This document shows, one piece after another, positions 5,751-6,642 of a stretch of 6,642 nt of DNA. Numbering within the stretch: the stretch's first letter is position 1; the number at the start of each line of letters is the position of its first letter. The notes beneath the pieces were generated by a model. That model was not told the origin of the DNA and searched no databases. It saw only the letters and a program-made list of their open reading frames with translations. Origin of the DNA: a plasmid; the sequence record CP126040.1; one strand, written 5' to 3'. A program made the position numbers and the translations under genes.

Positions 5751-6311
5751 TTGACAAAAGAAAAAGTTTCTAAAAAGAAGAGCTCTATTTTAGAGTGGGG
5801 CAAGGCTATTGTGATAGCCGTTATACTTGCTCTTCTTATTCGGAATTTTTTGTTTGAGCCGTATGTGGTAGAAGGTAAATCTATGGAACCCACTTTGGTT
5901 AATTCAGAAAGATTATTTGTGAATAAGACGGTTAAGTATATAGGCAATTTTAAACGAGGAGATATTATAATTTTAAACGGAAAGGAAAAAGGCGTACACT
6001 ATGTAAAGCGATTAATTGGTTTACCTGGAGACACTGTAGAAATGAAGAATGACCACCTTTTTATTAATGGAAAACAAGTGAAGGAACCATATTTGTCCTC
6101 TAATAAAACAAATGCTGAGAGTATGGGAATAAACCTTACAGGGGATTTTGGGCCAATTAAAGTTCCAAAAGGTAAATATTTTGTTATGGGTGATAACCGA
6201 CAAGAATCCATGGACAGTCGTAACGGTCTTGGTCTCTTTACTAAAGATGATATTCAGGGAACTGAAGAGTTTGTTTTTTTTCCGTTTAGTAATGTGCGTC
6301 AAGCTAGATAA
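5751..6311 (+). CDS. sipP: Type I signal peptidase (SPase I, SipS/SipP-like; ~186 aa from the TTG at 5751).
   Basis: SPase I box B GKSMEPTL carries the catalytic Ser. Box D YVKRLIGLPGD carries the catalytic Lys. Box E is GDNRQESMDSRNGLG. The N-terminus TKEKVSKKKSSILEWGKAIVIAVILALLIRNF closely parallels B. subtilis SipS (MKSENVSKKKSILEWAKAIVIAV...). RBS GGAGGAGG (5735-5742) sits 8 nt before the TTG at 5751. The six-frame track begins at the in-frame GTG at 5733, which would overlap the RBS. Confidence 0.9.
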   Translation: MTKEKVSKKKSSILEWGKAIVIAVILALLIRNFLFEPYVVEGKSMEPTLVNSERLFVNKTVKYIGNFKRGDIIILNGKEKGVHYVKRLIGLPGDTVEMKNDHLFINGKQVKEPYLSSNKTNAESMGINLTGDFGPIKVPKGKYFVMGDNRQESMDSRNGLGLFTKDDIQGTEEFVFFPFSNVRQAR

Positions 6312-6316
6312 TTTTT

Positions 6317-6350
6317 CAGACTGAAACAGGCTATGAGGTCTGTTTTTTAT
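6317..6350 (+). terminator. Probable terminator after sipP. Alternative stems are CAGAC/GTCTG or AACAG/CTGTT, followed by T6 and ATTTTTATTT.
   Basis: A weak stem but a clear T-run lies 6 nt after the stop. Confidence 0.4.
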
Positions 6351-6418
6351 TTTTATTTGAAAATTTAATACATAGAACAAAATGTTCATATATATGCTGT
6401 GGGAGGGGAAAGGATTTT

Positions 6419-6472
6419 CCGATTTTCTGCCGATCACTTATTGGCAGAAAATCGGGTCGGCATGTGGCCGAC
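6419..6472. repeat. Perfect 13-bp inverted repeat, CCGATTTTCTGCC-(11 nt)-GGCAGAAAATCGG (6419-6455), immediately followed by a second hairpin, GTCGGC-atgtg-GCCGAC (6456-6472). No T-run follows either one.
   Basis: Read directly. The element sits in a GC-richer non-coding spacer between the sipP module and oriT. Confidence 0.5.
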
Positions 6473-6560
6473 AAGTGGCACGAACTTTCGATGCGATAGC
6501 GAGAATGAGAGAGCCACCGGCACCGCAGGTCGCACGTCCAAATTGAATCCGTAGGAACAA

Positions 6561-6584
6561 TTTGGTGTAGTGTGTTACACCAAA
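6561..6584 (+). other. oriT: Origin of transfer (oriT) of the pMV158/MOBV type. A 9-bp inverted repeat, TTTGGTGTA / TACACCAAA, flanks GTGTGT. The predicted nick is in TAGTGTG/TTA, between 6574 and 6575.
   Basis: The sequence TAGTGTGTTA is identical to the pMV158 oriT nick-site core (GTGTG/TT). It lies in or near the loop of an inverted repeat, as in MOBV oriTs. If the molecule is circular, it sits ~60 bp upstream of mob. Confidence 0.65.
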
Positions 6585-6598
6585 ACTGAAATTTTGTG

Positions 6599-6627
6599 TT
6601 ACCATAACCCTAATAGAGTGGTATATA
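6599..6627 (+). promoter_or_regulatory. Candidate mob promoter: -35 TTACCA, a 17-nt spacer, then an extended -10 TGgTATATA. It reads into the mob GTG at window position 1 only if the window is a circular unit.
   Basis: The TGn-TATATA motif is read directly. oriT overlapping or abutting the mob promoter is the known pMV158 arrangement, where MobM binding autoregulates. Confidence 0.3.
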
Positions 6628-6642
6628 TTGGGGGGGATTCGT

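Noticed and set aside
5690-6437. Minus-strand ORFs 5690-5947, 5999-6211 and 6021-6437 overlapping sipP
   Set aside because: They are antisense to a gene whose SPase I catalytic boxes are intact. The products are F/I/L-rich from AT-rich sequence.
6461-6553. 30-aa + strand ORF (MWPTSGTNFRCDSENERATGTAGRTSKLNP) in the spacer before oriT
   Set aside because: It has no RBS. It begins inside a hairpin, and the product is unremarkable. It is probably non-coding.
1-6642. CRISPR arrays, IS elements or transposases, integrases, rRNA or tRNA genes, Rap-Phr cassettes
   Set aside because: The window has no repeat-spacer periodicity, DDE or serine/tyrosine recombinase-like ORFs, rRNA-like segments, or Rap (TPR) ORFs. 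The only repeats are the short palindromes and direct repeats reported above.

Overview
The window reads as a small rolling-circle (RCR) plasmid backbone of the Bacillus/Firmicutes type, possibly the complete circular molecule linearised at the mob start codon. It carries a pMV158/pUB110-family Mob/Pre relaxase (MOBV), with a matching oriT at the far end of the window; the oriT-to-mob relationship across the window junction (oriT at 6561-6584, mob start codon at position 1) holds only if the window is one complete circular molecule, which the sequence alone does not establish. It also carries a pC194/pUB110-family Rep (Rep_1, HUH) with a canonical CTTGATA double-strand-origin nick site upstream. 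Between mob and rep lie a convergent MerR-family HTH regulator, a 55-aa ORF with the VbhA (Fic-antitoxin) motif but no Fic toxin gene in the window, a ~320-bp GC-rich hairpin-dense non-coding block that is the best candidate for the single-strand origin (sso), and a ~600-bp non-coding stretch packed with A-tract/GC-palindrome/T-tract elements. Downstream of rep is an AT-rich, compositionally distinct accessory module. It holds two tandem paralogous genes for small secreted proteins with conserved AKA|D signal-peptidase cleavage sites, immediately followed by a type I signal peptidase (SipS/SipP-like, boxes B, D and E intact). The signal peptidase with its two adjacent secreted paralogs, and the orphan VbhA-like ORF with the MerR-like regulator, are the two items most worth follow-up.
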